Source of the DNA: Neoconidiobolus thromboides FSU 785
Lineage: Eukaryota; Fungi; Entomophthoromycota
NCBI GenBank assembly: GCA_025603075.1
Contig: MU626270.1
Location: 124,001-188,000, forward strand
Direction of reading: 5' to 3'
Length of the DNA: 64,000 nt
Part shown: in pieces, positions 35,794 to 48,695 of the stretch
How positions within the stretch are numbered: the stretch's first letter is position 1
Layout of the letters: every line of letters begins with the position of its first letter
Position numbers and translations under genes: made by a program
The notes under the pieces: generated by a model
The model's database searches: none
Told to the model about the DNA's origin: nothing
What the model saw: the letters and a program-made list of their open reading frames with translations, nothing else

Positions 35794-38700
35794 TTAAGGT
35801 TTGGATCTCAATAAAGTAACTAAATGTTTTAAACCAGCGACCCAAGGTCCAACTTGATCAACATGAGTAGATACTAATTGAGAATGTAAGGAGATAGCAT
35901 TGGCATAATCTTTTCTATCAAGGGCTATAAAGGATATCAGCATTATATATTTAATGATATGATAATATTAAAACTTACCTTTAGCAAACTCGGTTAAAGG
36001 AGATAAAATTGAAGGAGCTAAAGTATCTTGATTCATACTATCAAACAATTGATTCAATCGTTTTTCAACATCAGCAAACATTTTCATTTGGAGTGGCGGC
36101 TATAAATTAATAAATTAATTTATACTAAATATCTTTATTAAATAGACTTACCAAAGCTAAACTTTTAAATGTAACAATATGTTTATTTAACATTTCATAT
36201 AATTCCTTATATTTTGGTGGCATTTTACTTCTATCTAATGATACTACAAATTATTAATATTAAACTTAATATAATTAATAATTAAATCACCGTTTTGTTT
36301 AGCTTGAGGTGGTGACAATACAGCTGATGATTGTTGTTGTTGTTGTTGTTGGAAAGGTTGTTGACGTGATTGTTGTTGTTGATGGAAAGGTTGTTGTGGG
36401 TTACGTCCTGGTGCATGTCCTGGTGCATGTCCTGGTACCTGTCCTGGTTGTCCAGAAGGCACTCTTTGAGCAGGTTGAGATGGTGGTGCAGAATGAGTTG
36501 GTTTAACTGGATTTGTTTGATATAAGGGTTTTTGTTGTGGTGGTGGTGGCATGTGGGATATAGGTTGCTGTTGTTGATTATGTTGTTGGGGTGGTAAATG
36601 AGATGGAGGTTGCTGTGATTGATGATGTTGTGGTGGTAGGGGTGGTTGGAATCCAATGTTTTGATTTACATTAGGATTAACGTTTTGTTCTTTATGCTGA
36701 TAGAATGGTGTAGGTGCCTTTCCGCCTTTTGGTGGTGGTGGTAAGTTTTTGTTAACTCCTCCATAGGCTGGTGGTGCTGAAGTATTTTGATGGTTCGGAA
36801 CAGGCATACTATTCATTGGTGACGGTGAATTAGCAAATGGATTAGTTAAAGCTGAAGCTTTGTTAGCATTGCTCTTATGTTTATTAGCAAATACTTCTGT
36901 TGGTGGATCATTCCATCCTGGTCCACCACGCTGTACTGAAGGTGGAGTAACACTTTCTTGAATTTCATTGATACTATTATTATCATAGTTTGGATATGCG
37001 TTATTATTGAGAGTATTAGTATTAGTTGGTGGATAATTTGGATATGGGTTATATAAACTAGATATATCTGAGTTATTTGCAGTAGTATTTGTATTGTACA
37101 ATGAATTGGCAGAAGTTTGACCTAAACCAGTTGGGTTATACAATTGATTAGTTGAGGTTTGATCTAATGGAGTTATATTGTACAGCTGGTTGGTTGAACT
37201 TTGATCTAAACCAGCATTGCTATATAATTGATAGCCACCACCGTAATAAGGTTCTTGTGCAGTAGGTGGATATTGACTAGCAGTATTGCTATAGCTTGTT
37301 GCTTTTGGTTGAGTGTATTGTTGTTGAGCGACATTACTATTATTAGTACCAGTGCTGCCACCAATTTCAATATAATTAAATGGGAAAGAGGATGGATCAA
37401 ATGAACTTATATCAACGCCAGAGTAGTATAAACGATACTTAAGTGCTGAATACTCATCTAAGGAATCTTCATTTGTCTCTTTTCTATAGCTTAATGGAAT
37501 CATATTGAGATACTTGGCAGCAATATCCAATAAACCTTGAGAAACTAAAAATTGAGCATACTCATAATAAAGTGAATAAAGAGTATTCAGTTTCTTATTC
37601 TTTTCAATCTCTTGCTCATTTTCGGCACTTGCAAAGTTGACTGCTTTAATATATAAAGATACTTTTTCAACTAATTCTTGTAAAATGTTACTATCATAAA
37701 ACATCTGGTTTGAAGGTGATGGTTGTTCACCATTCAATTGACTATTTGGATAAACATTATTTTGCTTAGAAAGATAATCAGAAACCCAAATAGTAACTAC
37801 TTTTTCAATATTTCCTGATAATAAGAAACATAAAAGAGCGTTCTTTTTATGTTCACTCTTATCGGGGCTATTAGCCAATCTAATACCAAGTTTCTCGGTT
37901 AATAAACCAAACTCTTCTCCTTGGGCATAAGTACAGAGCATGGTCAATATCTTTTCCCACTCTTCTAAATCAGCATTATGTACAACATCCTCAAGGCTAC
38001 CATTGACTACACCTTCTAATAATCTTACATAGGAAGCTTCATTACGGCGTAATTTAAATATCTCATTTTTTGTTTTTTCAAGTAACTCATTACCACTAAC
38101 CATGGCAATCAACAAAGCATCAGCATATTGCTGATTATTGAGACATGCTTTGACAGCCGATTTATAATCTCCTACAATAATTAGTTTAGATAATAGTGAT
38201 TGTAAATCTGAATTTGAGCCAATAATTGAAAATGGGTCTGAAATTATTTCATTCTTTTTGTCTTCGGTTTGTCCGACAATAGGTTGTTCTTGAGTTTGGT
38301 GAGTTTTATTAAAGAAATCATCTTCATGGTCACCATTATCACCAAATAGATGATTATTACTTTCTTGATTAGCTTGTTGAGTTGCTTCGGTATTTTCTAG
38401 TTCATCTGGCTGTGCTGTTTCTTCAGTAGTCTCTTTTATTTCTTCTTTTGGCTCATCTGCACCTTCGCTTCCCTTATCCAAGTTAAAGTTGGCTAATTCT
38501 TCATTTAGTTTTTCAATAGAAAGATCTTTATTACTAATTAACATATCAACTAATTGTTTGCGTGAATCTTGTTCAAATAAAAGCTTAATGACATCCCAAC
38601 TAAGTTTGTCATCAGGTGATTGTTCTATTCTCTTGTTAATAAATTCATCAATGTTTTCTTGTTCTAAAACTTGTTTCAATTCTTCTGCTCTTTCTTTAAT

Positions 38701-40254
38701 GACCGGTTCAGACACAATATTAGTAACGCTGATGATAGAGCCTTTTGTATTATTAAATCTAGTTAATTGACCACCAAATCCAAAAGAGGCACCAACTGGG
38801 CGACGGAACCATTTTGGTGGTTGTTTTAATTTTAAGGTTGAGGTAGTAGTATTGGCACTGACATTAGAATTAAAAAAATCTTCGCTATTTTCTACTTCTG
38901 TTTTTACTTTCTCTTCATCAGATGATAGTATAGAATGAATCGTAACCTTAAATAAAATTAGTTAATAAAATCAGTTAATAGATTAATACTTACCTTTCCA
39001 TCAAAAGATGAAGAAGACAGTATATTTGGATTACGTGGAGACCATTGAATATCAAAAGCCCAGTTGTTACTTTGAGGAAGCTAAAAAAATAGATTAGATA
39101 GTAAACTTACTAGTAGTTATTTATCTTACTTCTCCTAATATCTCACCATTCTTTGGGTTCCAGCAAATATTACGGTTATCTTTACCACAACTTAATAAAA
39201 GATCGGAATCCATTGGACACCATGCTAAAGATAAAACACCTTTGTTATGGCCTGAAAACACTTTCTCTGGTGCATTAGCATTTCTAAGATCCCATAGCAT
39301 AATAACAGGATTATTATCATCTTCAGAAGCAGTAACTAATTGAGTTGCCTAAAATAGAATAATGAGTAAAAGCTAAAATAATCAACGAAATAATTTACGG
39401 AATCTGGATTCCAAGCAACAGAAGTAACGCCACCATGAGAAAAGTTTGAGTTTCCAGATTGTTGATAACCCAAAGACATAACTTCTCTACGATTCTTTAA
39501 ATCCCAAATAACTGTATAACCAGAGTTGGAGCTTGTTGCTAAAATATGGGGTACTTTTTTGTTCCAAGATAAATCAGTTACATCTCCAAGTTTAGAACTT
39601 TTTGGCCCAGGATTATATGGTTTAGTTAAGTCCCCTAAATTCCAAATAAAAACCTAAAGTTATTTGATTATAAACTATTAACTTAATGAATGAAACATTA
39701 TGAATTACTTCTCCATTACCACCACCAGAAGCTAATAAATTAGCTTGGAATGGATTGAACTCTAAGCCTTTGACAGCTCCACTGTGTTTATTTTGTCTAG
39801 AGATTAAACTTGCTTCTGAGCTATAAAATAAAATAAAACAAATTAGTATAAAATTTATGACATCAGTTTTTTGATTTACCCTTCACCAGCAAGAATTTTT
39901 TCTGGGTTCCAAAAATCTATTTCTCCATTTTCCATACCACCAGCAATAATACCAAGGTTATAATCTGATTGTGGTAAAGACCAAGTTAAGCGATTGAATC
40001 TATATTACAATGTTAAAATTAGTAATTTAAAATATCTCTATTTTTGAATACCTAGCGTTACTAGTAACCACAGCAGCGGGCTCATTTAAGTCAGTTTGTT
40101 TAGTAGCCCAGTCCAGCTTAAAAATTTCCAGTTCAGTAGTATTAGAAAAATTTTCATCTAAAGCACCAGCTACAGTACCGGTAACAATAGCTTGGCAACT
40201 TTGTATTGGACTCCATGCAATCGTTGAAGTTCTTGATATCTCTTTTAATTTCAT
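35794..40254 (-). CDS. SEC31: COPII outer coat subunit Sec31 (multi-exon)
   Basis: [30 protein letters not shown]40 repeats, [22 protein letters not shown], the ACE1 region ([12 protein letters not shown]), a P/Q-rich low-complexity linker with PGWND, and C-terminal WVAGLKHL. Confidence 0.97.
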
Positions 40255-41080
40255 TTTACTTTTTTTATGAAGTTTAAATAGAATCTTGAAATTTGGTTGT
40301 TTATTATCCTTTGTTAGTTGGAACCCTATAAATTTTATTACGTGGAATCTGACTCTTTCATTTTTCATTGGTTCATCTATATTGAAGTTTGAAGTTTCTT
40401 GGTTTTATTGGCTTTTTTTTTAACTTTATTTTCTAAGTTTATTTTGATTTCATTACTAAAATTCATTCAAAGGTACAGTTAAATTATTTCCAAAAACAAG
40501 TTTATTTTAAAATAAGTTAAATGAATAAAACTATATATAAAAAGCTGTATTGCTTCTGAAGTCTTAAATTTCATAATTTCATTTAGTTCATAATAATATT
40601 AATGTTTTTAAATCTGATTACAATTCAAATATTCGGTTCATTATAATAATGAATTTTATTAAGCTAAATATCCAAAGTATTCTACATTCTTATTGAACAA
40701 AAACTTTATGCTTAAAATACATCTAAATGTTTAAGTATCTTATAACGTAAATAGAGGAGAAGTAGGTGCTTCGAAACAAAAAAGCATTTTATTATGTAAG
40801 TGGGGCTATATTTGAAATATCATAACTTCAATGTTATCAATCACTTTTTATGTTTATATTTGTATTAAATAAATTTATTCTGCAGATAAGTTTTTATAAA
40901 TAATTGTAATGATACTAATGGTATTGATTGTTTCGAACATTATAGACTGATATTCAATTTATTAGAGTAAATAGCAATGTAATAATGTACCATAAAAAAT
41001 AGTGATATAAAATTAAACTTATAGATAACGACTCTTTTAGTTAAATATACTTTCGAAAATAGCAATTAATTTGATATATA

Positions 41081-41231
41081 GCTGCTGCAACTCTATTTGT
41101 GACCTGATTAAACTACTCATTAAAAATATTTTTTTAATAAAATTAGGCTAAAGCTAAGATTAGGTGTCAAATAAACAAATTACAAGCTCTAGAAATTAGC
41201 GCAAGCTAGATCTCAATAGAGTTGTAGCAAC
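41081..41231. mobile_element. Putative second MITE type (TA-flanked, 151 bp)
   Basis: Arms GCTGCTGCAACTCTATT (41081-97) and AATAGAGTTGTAGCAAC (41215-31) are 15/17 complementary, with TA directly outside both ends. It is single-copy in this window. Confidence 0.5.
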
Positions 41232-41408
41232 TATGCTTGGTAGCATTTACCTCTAGTTAAAAATTTTAAATCATGATCCTTTTGGATTTTACCAGATCAA
41301 TATAAAATTACTAATAAAATTTAGATTTGTAATCAAATCATTAAGTCACTAAGCAACCAATATATAAACAAAAACTGAACAATAATGCTTTTATAGGTTT
41401 AAACTGAA

Positions 41409-42356
41409 ATGGAGTCATTTAACATATTAGTTCAATATAAAGGAAACTCTACATCAATACAAGTTATTTCTGATTCAACAGTAGCATACATTAAAGAGCA
41501 AATAGCTTTAGAACTTCAGCTTGAAGAGAAATATTTAAAGTTGGTATATAAAAGGGTATTAAAAGATGAAGAGAGGGTAGATCAGACCTCATTAAAAGAC
41601 GGATCAAAAGTAACATTGATAGCCACACCAATTAAAGATATATCCAATTTACAACGTGTAGAAAAGGAGTTATATTTGCGGCCAAAGGCAACGGTAGCTC
41701 CAGCAACCCCTAGAAAGCAAGTTAATTTTGAAGAGCAAAAGTTATCCAAATATACATTTCATAAACTAGAAACCTTATCAGAGTTCCCAAACCGAGAAAA
41801 GGCGTATGAGTTTTTGCTAAAATTAAAACAAGACTTAGGAGTTGTTGAAATAATGAAAAAATATCAGTGGCAAGTTGGTAGCTTGATAGAGTTATCACCT
41901 CTTAAAAAGGAGATTTTGGGCTACAATAAAAACAAAGGACAAGTTATTGCTTTGAGATTAAGGACGGATGATCTTACTGGGTTTGTCAATTATAATCAAG
42001 TTAAAAAGGTATTAATGCACGAGTTAGCTCATATGATTCACTCAGAACATGATGCTAAGTTTCATGAGCTAAATAGAACCTTAAACAAAGAAGTAATTCA
42101 ATTGGACTGGACAAAAGGAAAAGGCTCTAGAACATCGAATGCAAAAACTTATAATCCTAATAACACTTACTATTCTTCGCATACTGCAAACAAAGACGGT
42201 CATCGATTGGGTGGTAAAAAACTTGACGTTAATGAGTTTAATACTTCTTTAGAGTTTAGGAGGAATCTTATTTCTAATGCTATAGATTTACGATTAACAA
42301 AGGAAGAAGAGGAACTAGTTGAAGCATGTGGTGGGAACTCTGAGTATTCTCAATAA
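41409..42356 (+). CDS. UBL-WLM (Wss1-like) metalloprotease (single exon)
   Basis: N-terminal ubiquitin-like domain (TVAYIKEQIALEL...KLVYKRVLKD...LKDGSKVTLIAT). WLM motifs are WQVGSLIEL, LGYNKNKGQVIALRLRTDD and VLMHELAHMIHSEHDAKFHELN (HExxH). Confidence 0.9.
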   Translation: MESFNILVQYKGNSTSIQVISDSTVAYIKEQIALELQLEEKYLKLVYKRVLKDEERVDQTSLKDGSKVTLIATPIKDISNLQRVEKELYLRPKATVAPATPRKQVNFEEQKLSKYTFHKLETLSEFPNREKAYEFLLKLKQDLGVVEIMKKYQWQVGSLIELSPLKKEILGYNKNKGQVIALRLRTDDLTGFVNYNQVKKVLMHELAHMIHSEHDAKFHELNRTLNKEVIQLDWTKGKGSRTSNAKTYNPNNTYYSSHTANKDGHRLGGKKLDVNEFNTSLEFRRNLISNAIDLRLTKEEEELVEACGGNSEYSQ

Positions 42357-42425
42357 AGTTTATTGCAACTTAAACATAAAAGGGTTATCAAATATAATTT
42401 TATTAAAGTTTAAAATAATTCAATT

Positions 42426-44016
42426 TTAATTACGATAAGGGTTTGGATATACTCCTGGGCTAGGTGGGACTTGTGATGGGTATCCAGATGATTGTGGAGG
42501 ATATCCAGAAACATGGGAAGGTGTAGGTGGATAAGAAGTATGGCCATATTGAGCAGAAGCAGTAGAATTATTGCTAATAGGTGGATAACTAGATTGGTGA
42601 TGTTGTTGAGGTAAACTATTCTGTGGTGGATAGGGAGCACTGGCTTGTGGGTTAGATTGAGGAGTAGACTGATGAGAAGATGGATAATAAGACCCCTGGC
42701 CATAACCTTGCTTTGGTGGAAGTTGACCGCTACTGGGATATGGAGATTGATTTTGTCCAATAGATACTTGGTTTAGTGGAATACTTTGTTGTACAGGTGG
42801 ATAGGAATTTTGTTGATGTTGAGCTGGCTGATGTTGAGCTGATTGCTGTTGATTTAGAGGATATTGACTCTGTTGATTAGTAGAAGCGGGTGTAGAATTT
42901 TGTATGTTACTAGATATTTGAGGGCTATCAGAATAAGTTGATTGTTGCGGGATGGGAGGATAAGAGGTTTGGGGTTTTGACAAAGATGAAGCTTCTTGAG
43001 AATTCGTGTTAGGACCTCCTGAAGTATTATTTGAAGCATTTCCCAACTTTAAAGCATTAGTTCCCTCTAAAAGTTGATCTAAATAAAATTAAGATTAATA
43101 TTTTTAAGGCTCTAAAATTGTTACCCATATCAGAATTAGAAAGTGTGTTATCATGTTTTGTATTATCTTTAATAAAATAGTTAGAGACATAATTTATGAT
43201 GTTATGATTTTATTTACTTTCAGATTTTACATCCTTCTTCAAAGAGTGAAATAATTGATCAAGCTTGTTATTGATATCTCTTATTTCCTGTCTAACTTCT
43301 AAAAAATCTAAAGTATTTATTTTATTATTATTTGAATAAAAGTTAGAAAGTTGAGCCGGTAATTCTGGGAATGGATTTTTTTCATGATCTAAATAAAGTT
43401 TAATGATTGTATCTATGTTATACATACTCATTACCATATACTAATATTTTAATAGTATTTGATATAGCCATTGCATGGTTGATATCAATATCATCAGTTA
43501 TTGACACTAGATCATTGTCTATCAAAATATTAATAAATCATTAACACTATACATAATTTATTCACAATTATGGAATAAATTTGAATCAAATTAATCATTA
43601 CCTTCGTCGATATACTTCAACACGATATTATTAAGATTGGCAGGGAGTCTACTTCTAAACAGACGATGAACCAAAAAAAGAAGTCTAAAGCTTGTTAATA
43701 CAACTTATTTTAAATCTATTATTGCTACTCATCAAAAGTGGGGACATTATGAATAGTGACTCTGCGAACTTCACCTCCACATTTACCTATAGAAAATTTA
43801 TTTTTAACAAAACATAATTGTAAATTATATATCAATACATTTAATTGAAATAGCACTATTTTGAACAGGCAACATTTGTCTAATACTTTGATATTTGTTT
43901 GCTTCCATTTCGTTTAAACTTATTTTATTTGTTTCTTTTGTTTGATTCATGTTAAAAGTCATAATTGAACTTATCTTAATTTTAGCACTAAATACCTTTT
44001 CCTTTTTATTGGTCAT
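42426..44016 (-). CDS. TFG: TFG (TRK-fused gene) orthologue: PB1 + coiled coil + S/P/Y/G/Q-rich tail (multi-exon)
   Basis: Spliced product: SIKCKCGGEVRRVTIHNVPTFDELLFLVHRLFRSRLPANLNNIVLKYIDEDNDLVSITDDIDINHAMAISNTIKILVY, then VRQEIRDINNKLDQLFHSLK, ending PPSPGVYPNPYRN*. Confidence 0.85.
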
Positions 44017-44379
44017 GACGATTTATCAGTGTTTTTTAGCTTTTGTTCTAGATAAATTTTTTTCTCATTTTTAGCCTCAACTATTTTAATATTATAGTCA
44101 AATATTATTTTAATAACACAAGTCTAATAAAATATTGAGGATTTTTTCTCTTATATTTTCAAACTGTTAATAAATAAATTTTAATACCAGCTACTAGGAT
44201 AGTCTATTTTATTAACATTCTATTAATAATCACTCTATAGAAAAACAGTTATAAATAAGCACAATACAGATTATTGCGCAGTACCTATTTTGCATTAATT
44301 CTACCTTAAATGGTAAATTTTGTTAAATATCAAACTTTTAAGGATTTTACTTCTTAAATGTCAAAATAAGATTGATAAC

Positions 44380-46534
44380 ATGGAAAATAAAAAGCCAAAT
44401 TTAGCGGATGTATTTGATGAAGCAATGTTGGAAGTAGAAGAAGCATTATCGTTAAGTTATTTTAACTCAAAAAAGTTTCAACCTAAAATAGAAGTAGAGC
44501 GTTTCAAAGTAGTAGATGAGAATCACTCTCCTGAGCAAAAATTAAATAATTTACTGTCTTCGTTAAAGGATATCAATTCAGCTAGTGATAAATTGGAGCA
44601 TTCAAAGATGTTATTATTTCCAAGATCGGAAGCAAGTTTAAAAAAGATAGATAACGGACATACTAAGAGTAAAAAAATATCAGGAATCCCATTTATGAAC
44701 AGAATTTTAAATGATCTACACCTTCAAAAAAATAATTTGAAATTAGACTTATTAAGAGAGCATAGAAAATTATGGAATGAAATCAAACCTGATGATAAAG
44801 ATCATCTTAAGTTTAATGAATCCATTTTAACTTACCCATTAACCTCTAAACTGAGTGGACAGGAAGTTAATTATTCTTTATTTGATGCATTTAAGCAGGA
44901 GGATAATGGAAAAAGAGGTAGTTTATCAGAATACGCGTTGAGGGTAAGCTTAAGAGTAATTACAGTTTTAGTATGATATTTACGTGATATTCAATAGTTT
45001 TTCCCAAAAAGATATAAAGTTAAAAGCTTGGCTGATTTTAATGTACCAGTAATTACTAACAGGTAATAATTTACAGTTTAACATTTTAAAGCCACTTTAT
45101 TTATTTTTATCAATGGCAGTGATAATGCTAACATAAAGCCTATGAATAACAAACAACAGGGAAGGACGAGTAGCACACCAAAGGTAATTTTAATAACAAC
45201 TAAAAAGTTTATTATTAATTATTAAGATTTCTAAGAAATATGATTCTGATGAAGCAGAATCAGGAAGGAATGGTGCTACAGAGTTTAAAACCGCAAAACA
45301 GTTACTAGTAAGTTGATTTTACTTATTTAATGATCAGTGTATTTATTATTGCTAAGCAAATGAATTCCAAAAAGAAATCAACTTCAGATTTGAACTCTCG
45401 TTCAAATAATAGAAATCATGGCTACAACAACAACAAACCATTTGTAAATCCAGCAAAAAAGAGAGATACCGATGAAGAGGACGAATTTGAAGAGATTAGA
45501 AAAGAATATAGGTAAGCTTTACTTGAACTGTTATAAGAGTATATTTAACTATTTATAGTTCATACAATTTAGATTCGAGTAAAAAGAAAAAGAAGACAAT
45601 TAACTTAGATGACAAAGATGAAGAAGTTGATCCACGATTAAAAAATGTAGAGCCACAAATGGTTGAAAGGATTATGAATGAAATTATGAGCCATAACTTA
45701 AAGTTGGACTGGGACGATATTGCAGGATTGGATCATGCCAAAAATTTAATTAAAGAGATTGTTGTATGGCCAATGCTAAGACCAGATATATTTAAAGGAC
45801 TTTTGGGTCCACCCAAAGGCCTTTTACTATTCGGACCACCAGGCACAGGTAAAACGTTGATAGGTAAATGTATTGCTAGTCAAAGTAACGCAACCTTTTT
45901 TTCTATCTCTTCGTCATCGTTAACATCAAAATGGATTGGCGATGGAGAAAAGATGGTACGGGCACTATTTGCTGTAGCAAGATGCCATCAACCCTCAGTT
46001 ATATTTGTAGATGAAATTGATTCTTTATTGACACAAAGAACGGATGGTGAAGTAGAAGCAACAAGGCGTATCAAAACAGAATTTTTGGTTCAACTAGATG
46101 GTTGTGCCACTTCAGAAGATGATAGGGTATTGGTTATTGGAGCTACTAATCGACCACAAGAAATTGATGAAGCAGCACGACGAAGGTTTCGAAAACGAGT
46201 GTATATTCCATTGCCAGAACAAAACGGTAGAAGGAAAATTATAGAAAATTTATTGAAAAAGAATTTAGCCCATGGTCTTACGGATGAGGAAATTGATCAT
46301 GTAGCAAAACTTACACAGGGTTATTCTGGATCGGATATGGATGGCTTATGTCGTGAAGCTGCTCTTGGACCTATTCGTAGTATTGCTTGTATTGCTACTG
46401 CCAAGCTGGATGAAGTTCGACCAATGGAACTAAATGATTTTTTATTGGCTTTAAAGCAAGTAAGAGCTTCTGTAGATCCTAAAGAATTAGATTTTTATAT
46501 TGAGTGGAATGAAAAATTTGGCTCACTAAATTAA
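44380..46534 (+). CDS. FIGNL1: Fidgetin-like 1 AAA+ ATPase (multi-exon)
   Basis: [81 protein letters not shown], plus upstream [11 protein letters not shown] at 44380. Confidence 0.92.
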
Positions 46535-46650
46535 TAAGCTAAAATTGTGTCTCATTTTTTATCCAATTAAAGCTCATAATAAAAAAACAAGAATTTAATA
46601 AATATACTTTTATTTGCTCATTAATATCGTTTATCGTTTATCGCATCCTA

Positions 46651-47817
46651 TTATTCAACAATATAACTAGTTACCATTTCATTGCTATTATAGGCTTGCC
46701 TATCCGGTATAATTGATCTTTTAATATTAAAAAAAGCGATTAAGCCTTCCCAAGACTGATAATCCAATTCCATAATAATTTGCTTCTTTTTTAAACCATT
46801 TTGATAGTCATCTTTAGTAGGAGCAGATGCAGCAGATAGCATTAAAATATTTGTATCTTGGTTTAGTTCAAGTTTAGCTTTGCCTTCTTTAATCAAAAAG
46901 GATATATAAAATAAATTTTCTACAGATTGTCCAAAACTCATTGGATTAAGCGCAAACTCAAATAAAGATATTTCCCCATATTGCTGTAATAGTATATAAA
47001 TATCTTTTGCTTCATTCACAGTGGAGCTACCATTCTTGGCTAAATCTTTATGATCCACCTAATTAAAGAATTTAATACGATATATGACATAATTAACATA
47101 TAATACTTGTTCTGATTGAACTGCTGCTCTTTTGTTTAATCCCAACTCTTTTCTTCTACCCACTTTCCTCGTTACTCTTCTTGCTAAACCTAGCATTCCT
47201 AAACTAAACAATTAAAAATCTACTTTAGCCAATTCAAAAATTTTAATTACACATTGACACTTGGTGCTTTATCCCAATGATATTTAACTAAATTAGATAA
47301 GTGATAACTGGTTGGTATAGTCTCAATATCCATTTGTTTAACCAATGCGTCATTTTTCTCATATTTAAAATCTTTTAGTTTAGCAACAAATAGTTCTGGA
47401 TCTATACAGTTATCTTCTAATTTTATTCTCTTAGCTGCCTGTTGTCCAAGTTCGGAAGTCATCCTTAATAGTTTGCTATCCATACTGGCTTCAAATGGGT
47501 TTCTTACTGAAAAATGAATTCACGACTTATTTATTTATTTATTTATTATATATCTTCTTACCATGTTTAAATAACTTGTTCGCCAATTTTAAACTGTAAG
47601 ATAACAATCCATGATGTCCTTTCTCTGGTTCCGTTTTAGCAGCTAAAAAGTATCAATTTTGTAGTTAATGTTTTATTTATAGTTTACCTTCAATTTTTTC
47701 TGTTAAATCTCTGTATTCTTGATTTCTTGATTGGTATGCCTCTATACCATCACCGTTTGTCTCATTTATAACTCGTTCTCCTTCATTTCTATCCCTTTCT
47801 ACCATTTCTTGCATCAT
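46651..47817 (-). CDS. NSE4: Smc5/6 kleisin subunit Nse4 (multi-exon)
   Basis: LANKLFKHVRNPFEASMDSKLL, and C-terminal EISLFEFALNPMSFGQSVENLFYISFLIKEGKAKL...IMELDYQSWEGLI. Confidence 0.9.
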
Positions 47818-48145
47818 TTGAATTTACTTTTTTGTCAAACGTAGATTAATTTTAATTTTATAGATCAAATAAATCAATTGTTTTTTTATAAACAAACATT
47901 AAGCTCAAAATTAGAATAACTTGTGTAACTAAAAGTTTATTGCTTTAAATTTGTAATTATTTTTTTCTAGTGTGAATTTAAATGGCCAAAGATTATTAGA
48001 TGCTTTTAGATACAATTTAAAAATTTTAATTACAGATTAAAAATAAAGACCATATAATTGCAAGCTGTTCTGATAAATTAAGGTATAAAGTATGGGAGTG
48101 TTTTTTATCAATTGCCCTTTTTTGCTACTTTTTTTAAATTTAAAA

Positions 48146-48185
48146 TTAGCTAGCCAATTCAGTTGTAAGTTTGGATGTGTTGGCT
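48146..48185. promoter_or_regulatory. Second copy of the TTAGCTAGCCAATT...TTGGCT element, upstream of NSE4
   Basis: Exact 14-mer match to 10621-34 with an inverted TTGGCT 20 nt later (19 nt in the first copy). Confidence 0.35.
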
Positions 48186-48592
48186 AATGATGAATTTTAT
48201 AAACAGCTATTTTATTATTATGCCAATTTGTCACTTAATACTTAATTTTTAATTATAAAAGTTAGCCAAGACATAAGTTTAATAAATGTACTAGTTAGTT
48301 TCGAAATTTCAAAAAGTAGCAAAAATGGATATAATTGGTAAAAAATATTTTCATATTATTTTATTGTGCTAAGTTCAAGAAAAGCATATTCAAATATTTG
48401 ATGGCATCTCTTAAATATATAGATGTAATAATAAGGGAATTATTATAGTTAATGTATTAAGCTATATCAAAAAGTCTGCTTCCACAGACTTAAATACTAC
48501 CTTTGCTAACCTCAAACCCAGGGCGTTACTGTGATAAATACATTCAGCTTTGCTTTGACTTATAGAAAGATAGTTAATAAGGTTTAAAATAT

Positions 48593-48691
48593 GGAGGTAT
48601 TTTTTTTAGCTTCATCACTTTTTCTATCTTTTAAGTGCTATTTGAGTGGAAAATTTGTTAGTAAAACTCTCAAACACAAAAATACAGCCCC
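48593..48691. mobile_element. MITE family A, copy 5a
   Basis: ATAT-GGAGGTATTTTTTTTAG...CAAAAATACAGCCCC-ATAT. Confidence 0.88.
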
Positions 48692-48695
48692 ATAT

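Noticed and set aside
36282-37400. His/Asn-rich and Val-rich ORFs overlapping SEC31
   Set aside because: Alternate-frame shadows of the P/Q-rich Sec31 linker. The same applies to 17288..17608, 52005..52274 and 42410..42760.
41409-47817. Apparent DNA-repair cluster (WSS1-like, FIGNL1, NSE4) and trafficking genes (TRS130, COG7, SEC31, TFG)
   Set aside because: These functional classes are large and the genes are interleaved with unrelated ones. Without synteny data, co-location is best explained by chance.
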